From NCBI GenBank assembly GCA_963711735.1, contig CAVQFA010000005.1:269778-333777 (forward strand): 64,000 nucleotides of DNA, given 5' to 3'. Positions 19,054 to 28,947 of this stretch are shown in pieces. The stretch comes from Candidatus Gottesmanbacteria bacterium (GTDB lineage: Bacteria > Patescibacteriota > Microgenomatia > UBA10105 > UBA927). The position numbers were made by a program, and so were the translations under genes. The notes beneath the pieces are model-generated. The model did not search any database. It saw nothing but the letters and a program-made list of their open reading frames with translations, and had not been told where the DNA came from. The first letter of the stretch is position 1. The number at the start of each line of letters is the position of its first letter.

Positions 19054-19623
19054 GTGCTAATGATAGATGCGTTGTACACCAAAACCCGTGACCAGATGAA
19101 AAAGGCGCTTGAGGTTACAGCGACAGATCTGTCTTCGATACGCTCAGGACGCGCAACCCCCGCACTTGTTGAACATCTTATCATTTCCGCATACGACGGT
19201 ACGCAAAAACTCAGACTTATGGAAATGGCAACGATAACGACTCAGGATACGAGAAATATTATTATTACTCCATATGATCCGTCACAAATCCGCGATATTG
19301 AAAAAAGTATACAGGAAGCAAATACCGGACTGACACCCGTTGTTGACGGTGAAGTTGTACGGATTACTATTCCGCAACTGTCGGAAGAACGAAGACGGGA
19401 ATATATCAAACTTGCTCATGCAAAACTTGAAGCGGGGAAAATTATGGTACGTCAGGTACGCCAGGAATCCATGAAAGACCTCAAACATGTCAAAGATGAC
19501 GCACTCATTTCGGAGGATGAAGAGAAAATCGGTGAAAAAAGGGTGCAGGAGCTTACCGATGAAATGATCGCAGAGTTAGAGTCGCTCGGAGCGCGTAAAG
19601 AGGCAGAACTTCTTCAAATTTGA
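19054..19623 (+). CDS. frr: Ribosome recycling factor
   Basis: 189 aa. The TATDLSSIRSGRATPALVEHL and ERRREYIKLAHAKLEAGKI segments are typical of RRF. Confidence 0.85.
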   Translation: MLMIDALYTKTRDQMKKALEVTATDLSSIRSGRATPALVEHLIISAYDGTQKLRLMEMATITTQDTRNIIITPYDPSQIRDIEKSIQEANTGLTPVVDGEVVRITIPQLSEERRREYIKLAHAKLEAGKIMVRQVRQESMKDLKHVKDDALISEDEEKIGEKRVQELTDEMIAELESLGARKEAELLQI

Positions 19624-19667
19624 CCGTTCCAATGTTTATATTCTCTTGGTATACTTGAATACGGATT

Positions 19668-20756
19668 ATGATAGTAACGATTGTTGTTTTTATTTTTATT
19701 CTCTCGGTACTTGTTCTTATCCATGAGCTTGGACATTTCATTGTTGCCCGTATAATTGGTGTTCATGTAGAGGAGTTTGGAATGGGTTTGCCTCCGCGTA
19801 TCTGGGGAAAAAAAATTAAAGATACAGTTTATTCCCTTAATTGGCTTCCGATCGGTGGTTTTGTAAAACTGGCCGGTGAGGATGACGATCAGCCGGATGA
19901 AATGCATAGCAAAGTCAGCAATTCACAGAAGAAATTTTTTTGGGCACGGTCAAAAAAAGAGCGCTCCGTGATTCTCATCGCCGGTGTTACGATGAATTTT
20001 ATCCTTGCTGTTGCCATTACTGCAGGGCTTCTCCTTGACGGAGTAAAAGAACCGTCCGGAAAAGTGAGAGTAGAAGCCGTAACCGCAGGCAGCCCGGCAG
20101 CATCATCAGGTTTGCAACCGGGGGATATTATTACACAAATTATTATCGGCAAGGAAATTATCAAAGTAACAGTACCGAATGATCTTATCAGCACGGTAAA
20201 AAAACATGCCGGAGAATCTGTTATTTTGGACGTTAACAGGGATAATCAGATACTTCCCTTAAACGTTACACCCCGTAAGACACCACCGAAGGGTGAAGGC
20301 CCTCTGGGTGTGACAATAACGGATTTGGAACTTAGAAAATACAGTATATCAGAGGCTCCGTTTATGGCTTTAAAAATAAACGTAGAACGTGCATATCTTA
20401 TGCTTTCCGGAATTATAAGCACCCTGTGGAGTCTGGTAACACTGAAAATGGGGAAAGTGGATGTTGCAGGGCCTATCGGTATAGCCCAGGTGACAGGGGA
20501 AGCTGTTAAATTCGGATTCCGCGCAGTTCTCGAGTTTATGAGCATATTATCACTGAACCTTGCGGTTTTAAACATTCTGCCGATTCCTGCTCTCGACGGC
20601 GGACGGCTTTTGTTCGTATTTTTGGAAAAAATATTGGGCAGACGGATAAAGCCGGCGTTTGAAAAGCAGACGCACCAGATCGGTATGCTTATCTTACTTA
20701 TCCTTGTTCTTCTCGTTTCGTTGAACGATATTCTCCGTATTACACGAGGGGGATAG
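19668..20756 (+). CDS. rseP: Regulated intramembrane proteolysis zinc metalloprotease, site-2 protease
   Basis: HELGHF zinc motif in TM1, a central PDZ domain and the C-terminal LDGG motif. Confidence 0.8.
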   Translation: MIVTIVVFIFILSVLVLIHELGHFIVARIIGVHVEEFGMGLPPRIWGKKIKDTVYSLNWLPIGGFVKLAGEDDDQPDEMHSKVSNSQKKFFWARSKKERSVILIAGVTMNFILAVAITAGLLLDGVKEPSGKVRVEAVTAGSPAASSGLQPGDIITQIIIGKEIIKVTVPNDLISTVKKHAGESVILDVNRDNQILPLNVTPRKTPPKGEGPLGVTITDLELRKYSISEAPFMALKINVERAYLMLSGIISTLWSLVTLKMGKVDVAGPIGIAQVTGEAVKFGFRAVLEFMSILSLNLAVLNILPIPALDGGRLLFVFLEKILGRRIKPAFEKQTHQIGMLILLILVLLVSLNDILRITRGG

Positions 20757-20846
20757 TATCTTAATTCCTGATTCATAAATCTCGATTAAGGGTTTTTCCC
20801 CCTGATACTTTCGTTTGTACCGGCTCATACAGTACAATATGTTTAT

Positions 20847-22565
20847 ATGAAATTTTCCTCTCTTCCTGTCAGGACAAACAGAAATAACGTTTCGTATGAT
20901 TCCAAAAACGCTACACTTCTTATAAAGGCGGGATTTATAGATCAGGTTATGGCAGGTGTTTACACCTTTTTACCTCTTGGTGTTCGGGTACTTGCGAAAA
21001 TCGAACAGATCGTCCGCGAAGAGATGGATAAAATAGGATCAGAACTTCTTATGCCTGCTATTGTTCCAAAGGATTTATGGATAAAAACAGGTCGTTTTGA
21101 CAGCGTGAGTGTACTTCTAAAAGCCGTCGGGGCAAATAAGCTGTCCCAAACGGTTAATAAGGCAGACTATGTCCTCAGTTCCACTCACGAAGAGGTAGTG
21201 ACGCCCCTCATGCAGAAATTTAATACGAGTTACAAGGATTTCCCCTTTGCCGTATATCAGATCCAGACGAAATTCCGTAATGAACCGCGTGCTAAATCAG
21301 GACTTTTGCGATGCCGTGAGTTTCGTATGAAGGATCTATACAGTTTTCATACATCCGAGGAAGATCTCAAAACATTTTACGAAAAAGTGAAAGAAAGCTA
21401 TACGACTATATTTAAACGTCTTGGTCTCGGTAATGATACGTTTATAGTTCTTGCGTCAGGCGGTGATTTTACAAAGGATTTTTCCCACGAATTTCAGACA
21501 CGGTGTGAAACGGGAGAAGATACGATTTTTCGAATTCCTTCAACCGGAGTATGTTACAACAAGGAAGTAGCTCCGTCCATGGCTTGTCCCGCTCATTACA
21601 AACAGGAAGCTCCCGAACCACGACAGGAAATTCATGGACCCGGAATTATAGGTGTGTCCGATATTGCCAAATTTTTAAATCTTCCGGTTGAACAAATGAC
21701 AAAAACACTTATCTATGAAACGGATGATAAGCAAATTGTCGCAGCAGCAGTCCGCGGCGGATACGACATAAATGAAGAAAAATTGAAAAAAGTTCTTGGT
21801 GCAAAGTCAGTTCAGCTTGCATCACCGGAGGTAGTTAAAAAAGCCACAGGTGCATCAATTGGCTATATCGGGATTCTCAATCTTCCGAAAAGTATCCGTG
21901 TTGTCATGGATGAATCTGTCTATGGAAGGGTAAATTTCGAAACCGGAGCAAACCGTGATAACTACCATACCATAAATGTGAATTTCGATCGTGACATAGT
22001 TAAACCGGATACGTTTTATGATATCAAAACCGCCAAACAGGGTGACTGTAATCCGGAAACCAAAGAAACATACGAAGTATTTCAGGGATCAGAAGTAGGA
22101 AACATATTTCCCTTAAACACGAAATTTACGAAAGCATTCGGCTACACATTCATTGATTCGGACGGCACTCAAAAACCGATATTCATGGGATCGTATGGTA
22201 TCGGCACGTCACGTCTCATGGGTGTTATTGCAGAAAAATCAAGCGATGAGAACGGTCTTGTGTGGAATGATGCGGTTGCACCTTTTACCGTTCATCTGGT
22301 TTCCCTGAAAGGTTCTGAAAATCATGGTCAGGAAGTATATGACACGCTTCAAAATGAAAGCATCGAAGTCCTTTGGGACGACCGCGATGTTTCTGCAGGA
22401 GTTAAATTTTCTGACGCCGATCTGATTGGTATTCCGTACCGTCTCGTCGTATCTCTCAAAACCGGAGATAAGATTGAAGTGAAAAGCCGGAGTGAGAAAG
22501 AACCAATGCTTATTGATCTTCACGCATTCATCAAACGCATCAGAGAAGCATACGTTTCATCGTGA
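20847..22565 (+). CDS. proS: Prolyl-tRNA synthetase, bacterial type with an editing insertion
   Basis: 572 aa with class II motifs (FRNEPRAKSGLLRCREFRMKD), an INS-like central domain and a C-terminal anticodon-binding domain. Confidence 0.9.
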   Translation: MKFSSLPVRTNRNNVSYDSKNATLLIKAGFIDQVMAGVYTFLPLGVRVLAKIEQIVREEMDKIGSELLMPAIVPKDLWIKTGRFDSVSVLLKAVGANKLSQTVNKADYVLSSTHEEVVTPLMQKFNTSYKDFPFAVYQIQTKFRNEPRAKSGLLRCREFRMKDLYSFHTSEEDLKTFYEKVKESYTTIFKRLGLGNDTFIVLASGGDFTKDFSHEFQTRCETGEDTIFRIPSTGVCYNKEVAPSMACPAHYKQEAPEPRQEIHGPGIIGVSDIAKFLNLPVEQMTKTLIYETDDKQIVAAAVRGGYDINEEKLKKVLGAKSVQLASPEVVKKATGASIGYIGILNLPKSIRVVMDESVYGRVNFETGANRDNYHTINVNFDRDIVKPDTFYDIKTAKQGDCNPETKETYEVFQGSEVGNIFPLNTKFTKAFGYTFIDSDGTQKPIFMGSYGIGTSRLMGVIAEKSSDENGLVWNDAVAPFTVHLVSLKGSENHGQEVYDTLQNESIEVLWDDRDVSAGVKFSDADLIGIPYRLVVSLKTGDKIEVKSRSEKEPMLIDLHAFIKRIREAYVSS

Positions 22566-22596
22566 TTCAGGAAACATCGTCAATCCGGACTTTTGT

Positions 22597-23661
22597 ATGA
22601 AATCAGTTACCGTATCAGCACCATGTAAAGTCCATCTTCTCGGAGAACACACAGTTGTATACGGTAAACCTGCTATTCTTGCAGCTGTTGGTAAACGATT
22701 AACCGTTAATGCAACGGTTTTGGATAAACCTATTGTACGGATTCGCTCAGGATCTATTCCCTGTACAGAAGTACGCCTTGATGAAACTATAAAACAAGCC
22801 CGGAATGCCCGGATTATATGGAAGAAATTTTCCAAAACGAAAGATATCAAACTTCTTACGAACATAACCTCAGAAATTGTTGCGTATCCCTTAATTTGTG
22901 TCGGAGAAACGATTCTGTCACTCAAATATCCCGGGAAAAACGGAATAAGCATCGAAATCTCTTCTGATATTCCGATAGGCGGAGGACTCGGATCAAGTGC
23001 AGCAATTCCTGTCTCCATTGCTGCTTCACTCATGCAGCTTATGCATGGAAGGATGGATTTGGAACGTATAAACGGAATTGCCTATGTGTGCGAAAAAATC
23101 CGTCACGGGACGCCATCAGGCGGAGATAATGCAACAGTGACATACGGCGGACTCGTCTGGTATCAGAAAGAATCCGAAATTTTAAATGTAATTAAACCGA
23201 TTCCGTTTGATATACCGGATAACGTGAAAAAAAGTGTGCTTTTTATCAACTCAGGTAAACCGAAAGAATCAACAGGAGAGATGGTGTCTTTGGTGCGTTT
23301 GATGTATGATTCACAAAAGCAGAAAGTTCAGAAAATATTGGATAACCAGGAAAAATTAGTAATGGATATACTTCCTGCGATAAAATCAGGGGATATCAAT
23401 GCATGTATTTCTATAATCCGGAAAGGTGAAGCAAATCTTGAAAAGCTCGGCGTTTGTTCACCGAAAGTTTCGCGATTTATCCGTGAGATAGAACTAGCGG
23501 GAGGAGCAGCAAAGATCTGCGGTGGTGGCGGAAAAGCTAACGGAACCGGTATAGTACTTGCAATTCATCCGCATAAGGAAAAACTGAAGGATATTTTAGA
23601 TAATTCAGGATATCCGTTTTTTGAGGCAGAATTAGGGGTTGAGGGTGTTCAGGTATTATAA
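22597..23661 (+). CDS. mvk: Mevalonate kinase (GHMP kinase)
   Basis: SAPCKVHLLGEHTVVYGKPAILAAV N-terminal motif and the GHMP motif PIGGGLGSSAA. The true ATG is at 22597; the ORF-track start at 22492 overlaps proS. Confidence 0.75.
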   Translation: MKSVTVSAPCKVHLLGEHTVVYGKPAILAAVGKRLTVNATVLDKPIVRIRSGSIPCTEVRLDETIKQARNARIIWKKFSKTKDIKLLTNITSEIVAYPLICVGETILSLKYPGKNGISIEISSDIPIGGGLGSSAAIPVSIAASLMQLMHGRMDLERINGIAYVCEKIRHGTPSGGDNATVTYGGLVWYQKESEILNVIKPIPFDIPDNVKKSVLFINSGKPKESTGEMVSLVRLMYDSQKQKVQKILDNQEKLVMDILPAIKSGDINACISIIRKGEANLEKLGVCSPKVSRFIREIELAGGAAKICGGGGKANGTGIVLAIHPHKEKLKDILDNSGYPFFEAELGVEGVQVL

Positions 23662-23671
23662 ATTACATTAT

Positions 23672-25156
23672 ATGAAAAAAAATATAACAGTATCTGCACC
23701 TGGTAAGCTCATGCTTTTTGGCGAACATTCAGTGGTTTACGGATATCCGTGTCTTGCAACCGCAGTAGGTGAGCGTATGCAGGCAACAATTGAAACCATC
23801 CCGGAATCACAATTTGTTTTGGATGCACCGGATATAAATATATCAAAGTATACTAAGCCTATAAAAGATCTTGGAAAAGGGGATATTCCGGGTTGTGTAC
23901 GTTTTGTGGAAATTGCCGTACATAATTTTCATTCGAAGAATCCGTTACAAAGCGGAATTCATATATCTACATCATCCACATTTTCCCATGAATTCGGATT
24001 CGGAACATCTTCAGCTTCTACAGTATGCACTATCAAAGCACTTAGCCAAATTACAGGTCAAAATTTAGATAATAAGCAGATGTTTGATCTTGCATACAAA
24101 ACAATACTGGATGTTCAAAAAAAAGGATCAGGTTTTGATGTTGCAGTATCCGTATACGGAGGAACAATATATTATTCGCAAAGCGGAAAACATATTGAAC
24201 AAATTCCGTTTGCGATTGGGAGAGATGCAGTTTTTATTGTCGGATATACGGGTGTAAAAGCCGACACATGTAGTCTTGTCCGGCAGGTTGCTGAGAAAAA
24301 AGAAAAATATCCGGAGAAGGTGGAGAGAATTTTTACAGCAATTACTAAGTTAGTAGAAGATGCAAAAATTGCTCTTATAAATCATGATTGGGATCGACTC
24401 GGAACATATATGAATTTCAATCAGGAATATCTCCGGGATCTGGGTGTCAGCACAGAAAAACTCGAAACACTTATATCAGCTGCCAAATCCGAAGGGGCTT
24501 ATGGCGCAAAACTTTCCGGGGCCGGCGGAGGTGACTGCATGATTGCCATAGCTCCGGTACATAAAAAAGAAGCTGTAGAAAAGGCAATTCAGACGGCAGG
24601 TGGAATTGTTATTCCTGTTTGTCCCAACGCCGAAGGAGTCCGCACAGAAACATCAGATGATCCTAAAGAACAATTTATTGTAGTTGATGAAATGGATAAT
24701 GTCTTAGACTATAAAACACGTCATGCGTGTCATCACGATGCGCATCTGATCCATCGTGTCATCGGAGTTCATATATTCAACACAAACGGAGATATTCTGC
24801 TTCAGAAACGGTCATCAACCAAAGACCTGGGAGCGGGTTTATGGGGTTCATCGTGTGCGGGTCATGTTCTGAAAGGTGAAACATATGAAAACGCGGCAAA
24901 GCGTGAGCTTCTTGAGGAATTAGGAGTATCTCATGAAATTGCTCCGGTAAAGAAAATTATCGTGAGGGACAAGGAAGAAACAGAGATGGCGATGATCTAT
25001 ACCGCTACATCAGATGGTCCGTTTCATCCGGATCCGCAGGAAGTAGATGAAGTACGGTTTTTTACCAAAGACCAGATACTCCATGGTATGCTGAAGGGGA
25101 CGTTACGACTGACAAACTGCACAATAGAGAGCCTAAAAGCTATACATTATTTATAA
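23672..25156 (+). CDS. Fusion protein of an N-terminal GHMP kinase (probable phosphomevalonate kinase) and a C-terminal Nudix-type isopentenyl-diphosphate isomerase (IDI type 1)
   Basis: The N-terminus has [17 protein letters not shown] and [13 protein letters not shown] motifs. The C-terminal roughly 160 aa have [21 protein letters not shown]...[29 protein letters not shown], matching the IDI-1 Cys/Glu signature. Confidence 0.65.
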   Translation: MKKNITVSAPGKLMLFGEHSVVYGYPCLATAVGERMQATIETIPESQFVLDAPDINISKYTKPIKDLGKGDIPGCVRFVEIAVHNFHSKNPLQSGIHISTSSTFSHEFGFGTSSASTVCTIKALSQITGQNLDNKQMFDLAYKTILDVQKKGSGFDVAVSVYGGTIYYSQSGKHIEQIPFAIGRDAVFIVGYTGVKADTCSLVRQVAEKKEKYPEKVERIFTAITKLVEDAKIALINHDWDRLGTYMNFNQEYLRDLGVSTEKLETLISAAKSEGAYGAKLSGAGGGDCMIAIAPVHKKEAVEKAIQTAGGIVIPVCPNAEGVRTETSDDPKEQFIVVDEMDNVLDYKTRHACHHDAHLIHRVIGVHIFNTNGDILLQKRSSTKDLGAGLWGSSCAGHVLKGETYENAAKRELLEELGVSHEIAPVKKIIVRDKEETEMAMIYTATSDGPFHPDPQEVDEVRFFTKDQILHGMLKGTLRLTNCTIESLKAIHYL

Positions 25157-25166
25157 GGGTGAACGT

Positions 25167-26148
25167 ATGAAAGCAACAGCGAAAGCTCCGTCAAATATTG
25201 CATTTATCAAATATTGGGGAAAGAAAGATGAGACATTGAGACTTCCGGAAAACGGGAGCATATCCGTGAATTTATCCGGCATGGACAACGAACAACGACG
25301 GTTGAGTTTTCGTCCGGGTATGAAGGAGGACGAAATCCTGTATAACGACAAGAGTGAGAGTACGGCAGAAAATAGGGCAATAGTTCATCTGGATCGCATC
25401 GGAAATTAGCCGATATAGGTGAAAAAGCAAAAGTGTTACAAATAGCAATTTTCCTCACTCGACCGGACTTTCCTCATCCGCATCGGGTTTTGCAGCATTA
25501 ACTGTAGCCGGTTGCCGCGCAGCGGGATTAGATCTGAACGAAAAAGATTTGTCTATCCTTGCGCGCCAGGGATCGGGGAGTGCATGCCGTTCCATTCCAG
25601 ATGGGTTTGTGGAATGGCTAGACGGCAATACCAGCAATGAATCATTTGCTGTTTCGATCTACCCTCCGTCTTATTGGCCGGATTTGATTGATATCGTTGT
25701 TATTGTTACAACCGATAAAAAAGAAATATCGACAACAGAAGGAATGAAAGGAATGCGGAAAAGTCCGTTTTACCAGACTCGTTTGAGAGGTATGAAAGAT
25801 AAAATCCGTTTGTGTAAAGAAGCATTGAAAACAAAAGACTTAGAGAAACTTGGGGAACTTTCAGAAGCTGAAGCACTTGAAATGCATGCGGTCATGATAA
25901 GTCAGCGTCCTGCACTTCTCTATTGGACAAAAGGAACACTGCATCTTATGAAATCCGTTCAAAAATGGCGATACGGGGGATTACCGTGCTATTTCACCAT
26001 TAACACCGGACAGAATGTACACATTTTAACAACAAAAGATCACGAAAAGGAAATTCAGGAAAAACTCAAAAACATTGAAGATGTAAATCGTATCATAATC
26101 AACTCACCCTCGGATGGAGCTCATACCCTCAAAACTCATTTGTTTTAA
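25167..26148 (+). pseudogene. mvd: Diphosphomevalonate decarboxylase interrupted by two -1 frameshifts, possibly sequencing errors
   Basis: Frame 0 gives [31 protein letters not shown]...HLDRIGN then a stop. Frame 2 gives [16 protein letters not shown]. Frame 1 gives NSNFPHSTGLSSSASGFAALTVA...ARQGSGSACRS through to the end. All three pieces are collinear with MVD. Confidence 0.6.
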
Positions 26149-26181
26149 TCCCGGTTCCGGATTCATAGTATAATACGTTTT

Positions 26182-27006
26182 ATGAAAACAATTGTGACGC
26201 ATATAGGACCCGATTTGGATGCAATCACTGCCATATGGCTCGTAAAGACAAGATTTCCCGGATGGCAGGAAGCAGCACTTGCGTTCGTTCCGGCAGGGGA
26301 AACACTCGGCAAACTTCCTCCCGATGATAATCCTGAGGTTATACATGTTGATACGGGATTTGGAAAATATGATCACCATCAGGTGGATGATAATACATGT
26401 GCGTCTATTCGGGTATATAAAGAAATTAAAAGCATATCCTCATCAGATCCGGCGCTTGAGCGGCTGATTACAGTTGTAAATGACATCGATCATTTCCGTG
26501 AGGCATTTTTTCCGAACCCCACATCAGACTATTGGGATTTTGGACTGGTGGCATCCATTGACGGATGGAGACTTCTGTATCCTGACGATCCGACCATTGT
26601 CGTCCATTATGGGATGGATGCTTTAGACGGAATTTATAAAACATTTCAAAATAAAATCTGGGCAGAGGAAGAGTTGACAATAAAGGGCGTGGAATTTGAA
26701 ACAAAATGGGGAAAAGGCATAGGAGTGGAGACAACAAACGATGAAGTTGTACATCTGGGGCAAAAAAAGGGTTACGTTCTGGTTATCCGTAAAGATCCAA
26801 AGAAACATTACTTAAGGGTAAAGGCTCTCCCGCAGCCCAATATTGATTTGTCAGACGCATTTGACAGTATGAAAGCAAAAGATCCTGATGCCACGTGGTT
26901 TCTTCATGTTTCAAAACATATGATACTGAACGGTTCGTCAAAAAATCCGAGCATGCGCCCGACGAAACTTACAATAGATGAAATAATTTCTATTCTGAAA
27001 GAGTGA
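26182..27006 (+). CDS. DHH-family phosphoesterase
   Basis: Motif I HIGPDLDAITA and motif III YDHHQ. Confidence 0.5.
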   Translation: MKTIVTHIGPDLDAITAIWLVKTRFPGWQEAALAFVPAGETLGKLPPDDNPEVIHVDTGFGKYDHHQVDDNTCASIRVYKEIKSISSSDPALERLITVVNDIDHFREAFFPNPTSDYWDFGLVASIDGWRLLYPDDPTIVVHYGMDALDGIYKTFQNKIWAEEELTIKGVEFETKWGKGIGVETTNDEVVHLGQKKGYVLVIRKDPKKHYLRVKALPQPNIDLSDAFDSMKAKDPDATWFLHVSKHMILNGSSKNPSMRPTKLTIDEIISILKE

Positions 27007-27107
27007 GTATAGGGAAGGTCGCGTTTATAAAAATAGTCACGCGATACAAAAGGACGTAATCATCTATATCTTAGAGGTATAAATGAACAGCCCTTTAGGA
27101 GGTACGT

Positions 27108-27593
27108 ATGAAAACTCATATTATTGACGTATACAATCCCGAATCCAAAAATGTTATTTTCGGTCAATCACATTTTATAAAAACAGTGGAAGATATCCAT
27201 GAACTCCTGATTTCTTCCGTTCCGGATATATCTTTTGGATTAGCTTTTTGTGAAGCATCCGGTGCGAGACTCATACGGTCAAGCGGTACGGACAGAGGGT
27301 TAATCAAACTTGCAGAGAAAAATGCCCAAATCGTTGGTGCAGGACATACGTTTATAATATTTCTCGGAAATGCCTACCCGATTAACGTTTTAAATAATAT
27401 TAAACTTTGTCCGGAAGTAGTCCGGATTTTTGCAGCAACATCAAATCCATTGCAGGTAGTAGTCGGAGAAACTTCTCAGGGAAAGGGAGTTTTGGGTGTT
27501 ATAGATGGTGGGTCTCCTCTGGGTATGGAAAACGAGAATGACCGGAAGGAACGGACAAAATTTCTTCGGAAAATAGGTTATAAACTTTCCTAA
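27108..27593 (+). CDS. Conserved 161-aa protein, tentatively resembling the archaeal adenosine-specific kinase family
   Basis: Segments [26 protein letters not shown] and [14 protein letters not shown]. The family assignment is from memory and uncertain. Confidence 0.3.
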   Translation: MKTHIIDVYNPESKNVIFGQSHFIKTVEDIHELLISSVPDISFGLAFCEASGARLIRSSGTDRGLIKLAEKNAQIVGAGHTFIIFLGNAYPINVLNNIKLCPEVVRIFAATSNPLQVVVGETSQGKGVLGVIDGGSPLGMENENDRKERTKFLRKIGYKLS

Positions 27594-27749
27594 CACACAC
27601 ATGATATAATGCTACAAGTAGAAATAACACCTTAGAGCTTTTTTGAAATGTTATTCTAAAAAGTTTAGCTTTTCATTACAGGCTCTTTTAAAGCTGTTGT
27701 ATGATCATTCACAACAGTCGTTTAAGGTAGGGAGGTGTTTGTATTTATT

Positions 27750-27947
27750 ATGGTATTTGTTAAAGCACAGCCCGGGGATACATCAGATTCGCTCATCCGC
27801 AAATTTACGCGAAAGGTTCTTACGGAAGGAATTCTACAGGATTTGAAAAAAAGAGAATTTTATCAAAAACCTGCTGAAATCAAAAAAGAACAGAAGCGGG
27901 AGCTTGTCAGACGCCTCAGGCACGCTAACCGGTCATCGTATAAATAG
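27750..27947 (+). CDS. rpsU: 30S ribosomal protein S21
   Basis: MVFVKAQPGDTSDSLIRKFTRKVLTEGILQDLKKREFYQKP. RBS aaggtagggagg precedes the ATG at 27750. Confidence 0.75.
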   Translation: MVFVKAQPGDTSDSLIRKFTRKVLTEGILQDLKKREFYQKPAEIKKEQKRELVRRLRHANRSSYK

Positions 27948-27955
27948 GATCATAT

Positions 27956-28405
27956 ATGCTTTTCGATTCAATAAAAGCGGATATTAATTTATCGCTCAAA
28001 AAAGGTGATAAAGTACGGGTTGACACACTCAGGTTCCTCGATAGTGCTTGTAGATATGCGGCTATCGCAAAGTATGGAGCAGATTGGGAAAGCAAGGTAA
28101 CTGATACAGATGTTTTGGATGCCGTAAAAAAGCAGGTGAAAACACATCGGGAATCAATCAAAGCTTTCACGGAGGGTGGACGTACTGATCTTGCTAACTC
28201 TGAAAAAGCTCAACTTACTATACTCGAATCATTTCTTCCGCCTGAAATATCCGATGATGATCTGAAGAAAATCCTGGCCCCGATTGTCCAATTAAGTGAG
28301 GATAATTTCGGAAAACTCATGGGTCGGGCGATGTCGGCCGTGGGAAATCGTGCAGACGGAGGACGCGTATCAGCAATTCTGAAAGATCTGCTTGCCCATA
28401 AATGA
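27956..28405 (+). CDS. GatB/YqeY-domain protein
   Basis: 149 aa in the conserved position directly after rpsU. Confidence 0.65.
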   Translation: MLFDSIKADINLSLKKGDKVRVDTLRFLDSACRYAAIAKYGADWESKVTDTDVLDAVKKQVKTHRESIKAFTEGGRTDLANSEKAQLTILESFLPPEISDDDLKKILAPIVQLSEDNFGKLMGRAMSAVGNRADGGRVSAILKDLLAHK

Positions 28406-28463
28406 CCGGTAAAATCTATACCATGAGGTCTTCAAATTTTCACATGGTTGATATTTTCTTACT

Positions 28464-28859
28464 ATGATAACAGTGTTAATTCAATCAGAATCGCATTACC
28501 CTGTTTCCCGGGAAAAAATCCGTGATGCTGTAATTACAGCTCTTGAAAAAAAAGTGAAAAGCGATACGGAAGTGAGTGTCAGTATTATAGGTGACCGTCT
28601 CATGAAGCAATTAAATACAACATATCGTAAATTGAATAAAACGACTGACGTGCTTTCATTTCCCCAACAGGAATCCGACGTTTCGCATACGGCATTTATC
28701 TCTCCCCCTGACAATATACTGCGTTTAGGAGATATTGTTATATCCTATCCGCAGGCGGTTTTAGAAGCACAGGAAACAGACAAATTAGTAGATGATATTG
28801 TGGTAGAGCTTGCTCTTCACGGTCTTGATCACCTTCTGGGTATACACCATCCTGAATAA
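28464..28859 (+). CDS. ybeY: rRNA maturation endoribonuclease YbeY
   Basis: C-terminal metal-binding motif ALHGLDHLLGIHH. Confidence 0.75.
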   Translation: MITVLIQSESHYPVSREKIRDAVITALEKKVKSDTEVSVSIIGDRLMKQLNTTYRKLNKTTDVLSFPQQESDVSHTAFISPPDNILRLGDIVISYPQAVLEAQETDKLVDDIVVELALHGLDHLLGIHHPE

Positions 28860-28947
28860 ACGTTTTTAAAAGATCTGGAAAACATTCCCGGTATATTTTT
28901 GAATCTTGAATCTTGTCATAGACAGACGCACGTTGTACAGTAATACC

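Noticed and set aside
22492-22596. Extended N-terminus of mevalonate kinase overlapping proS
   Set aside because: The extension has no homology and overlaps the proS 3' end. The conserved GHMP N-terminus begins at the ATG at 22597.
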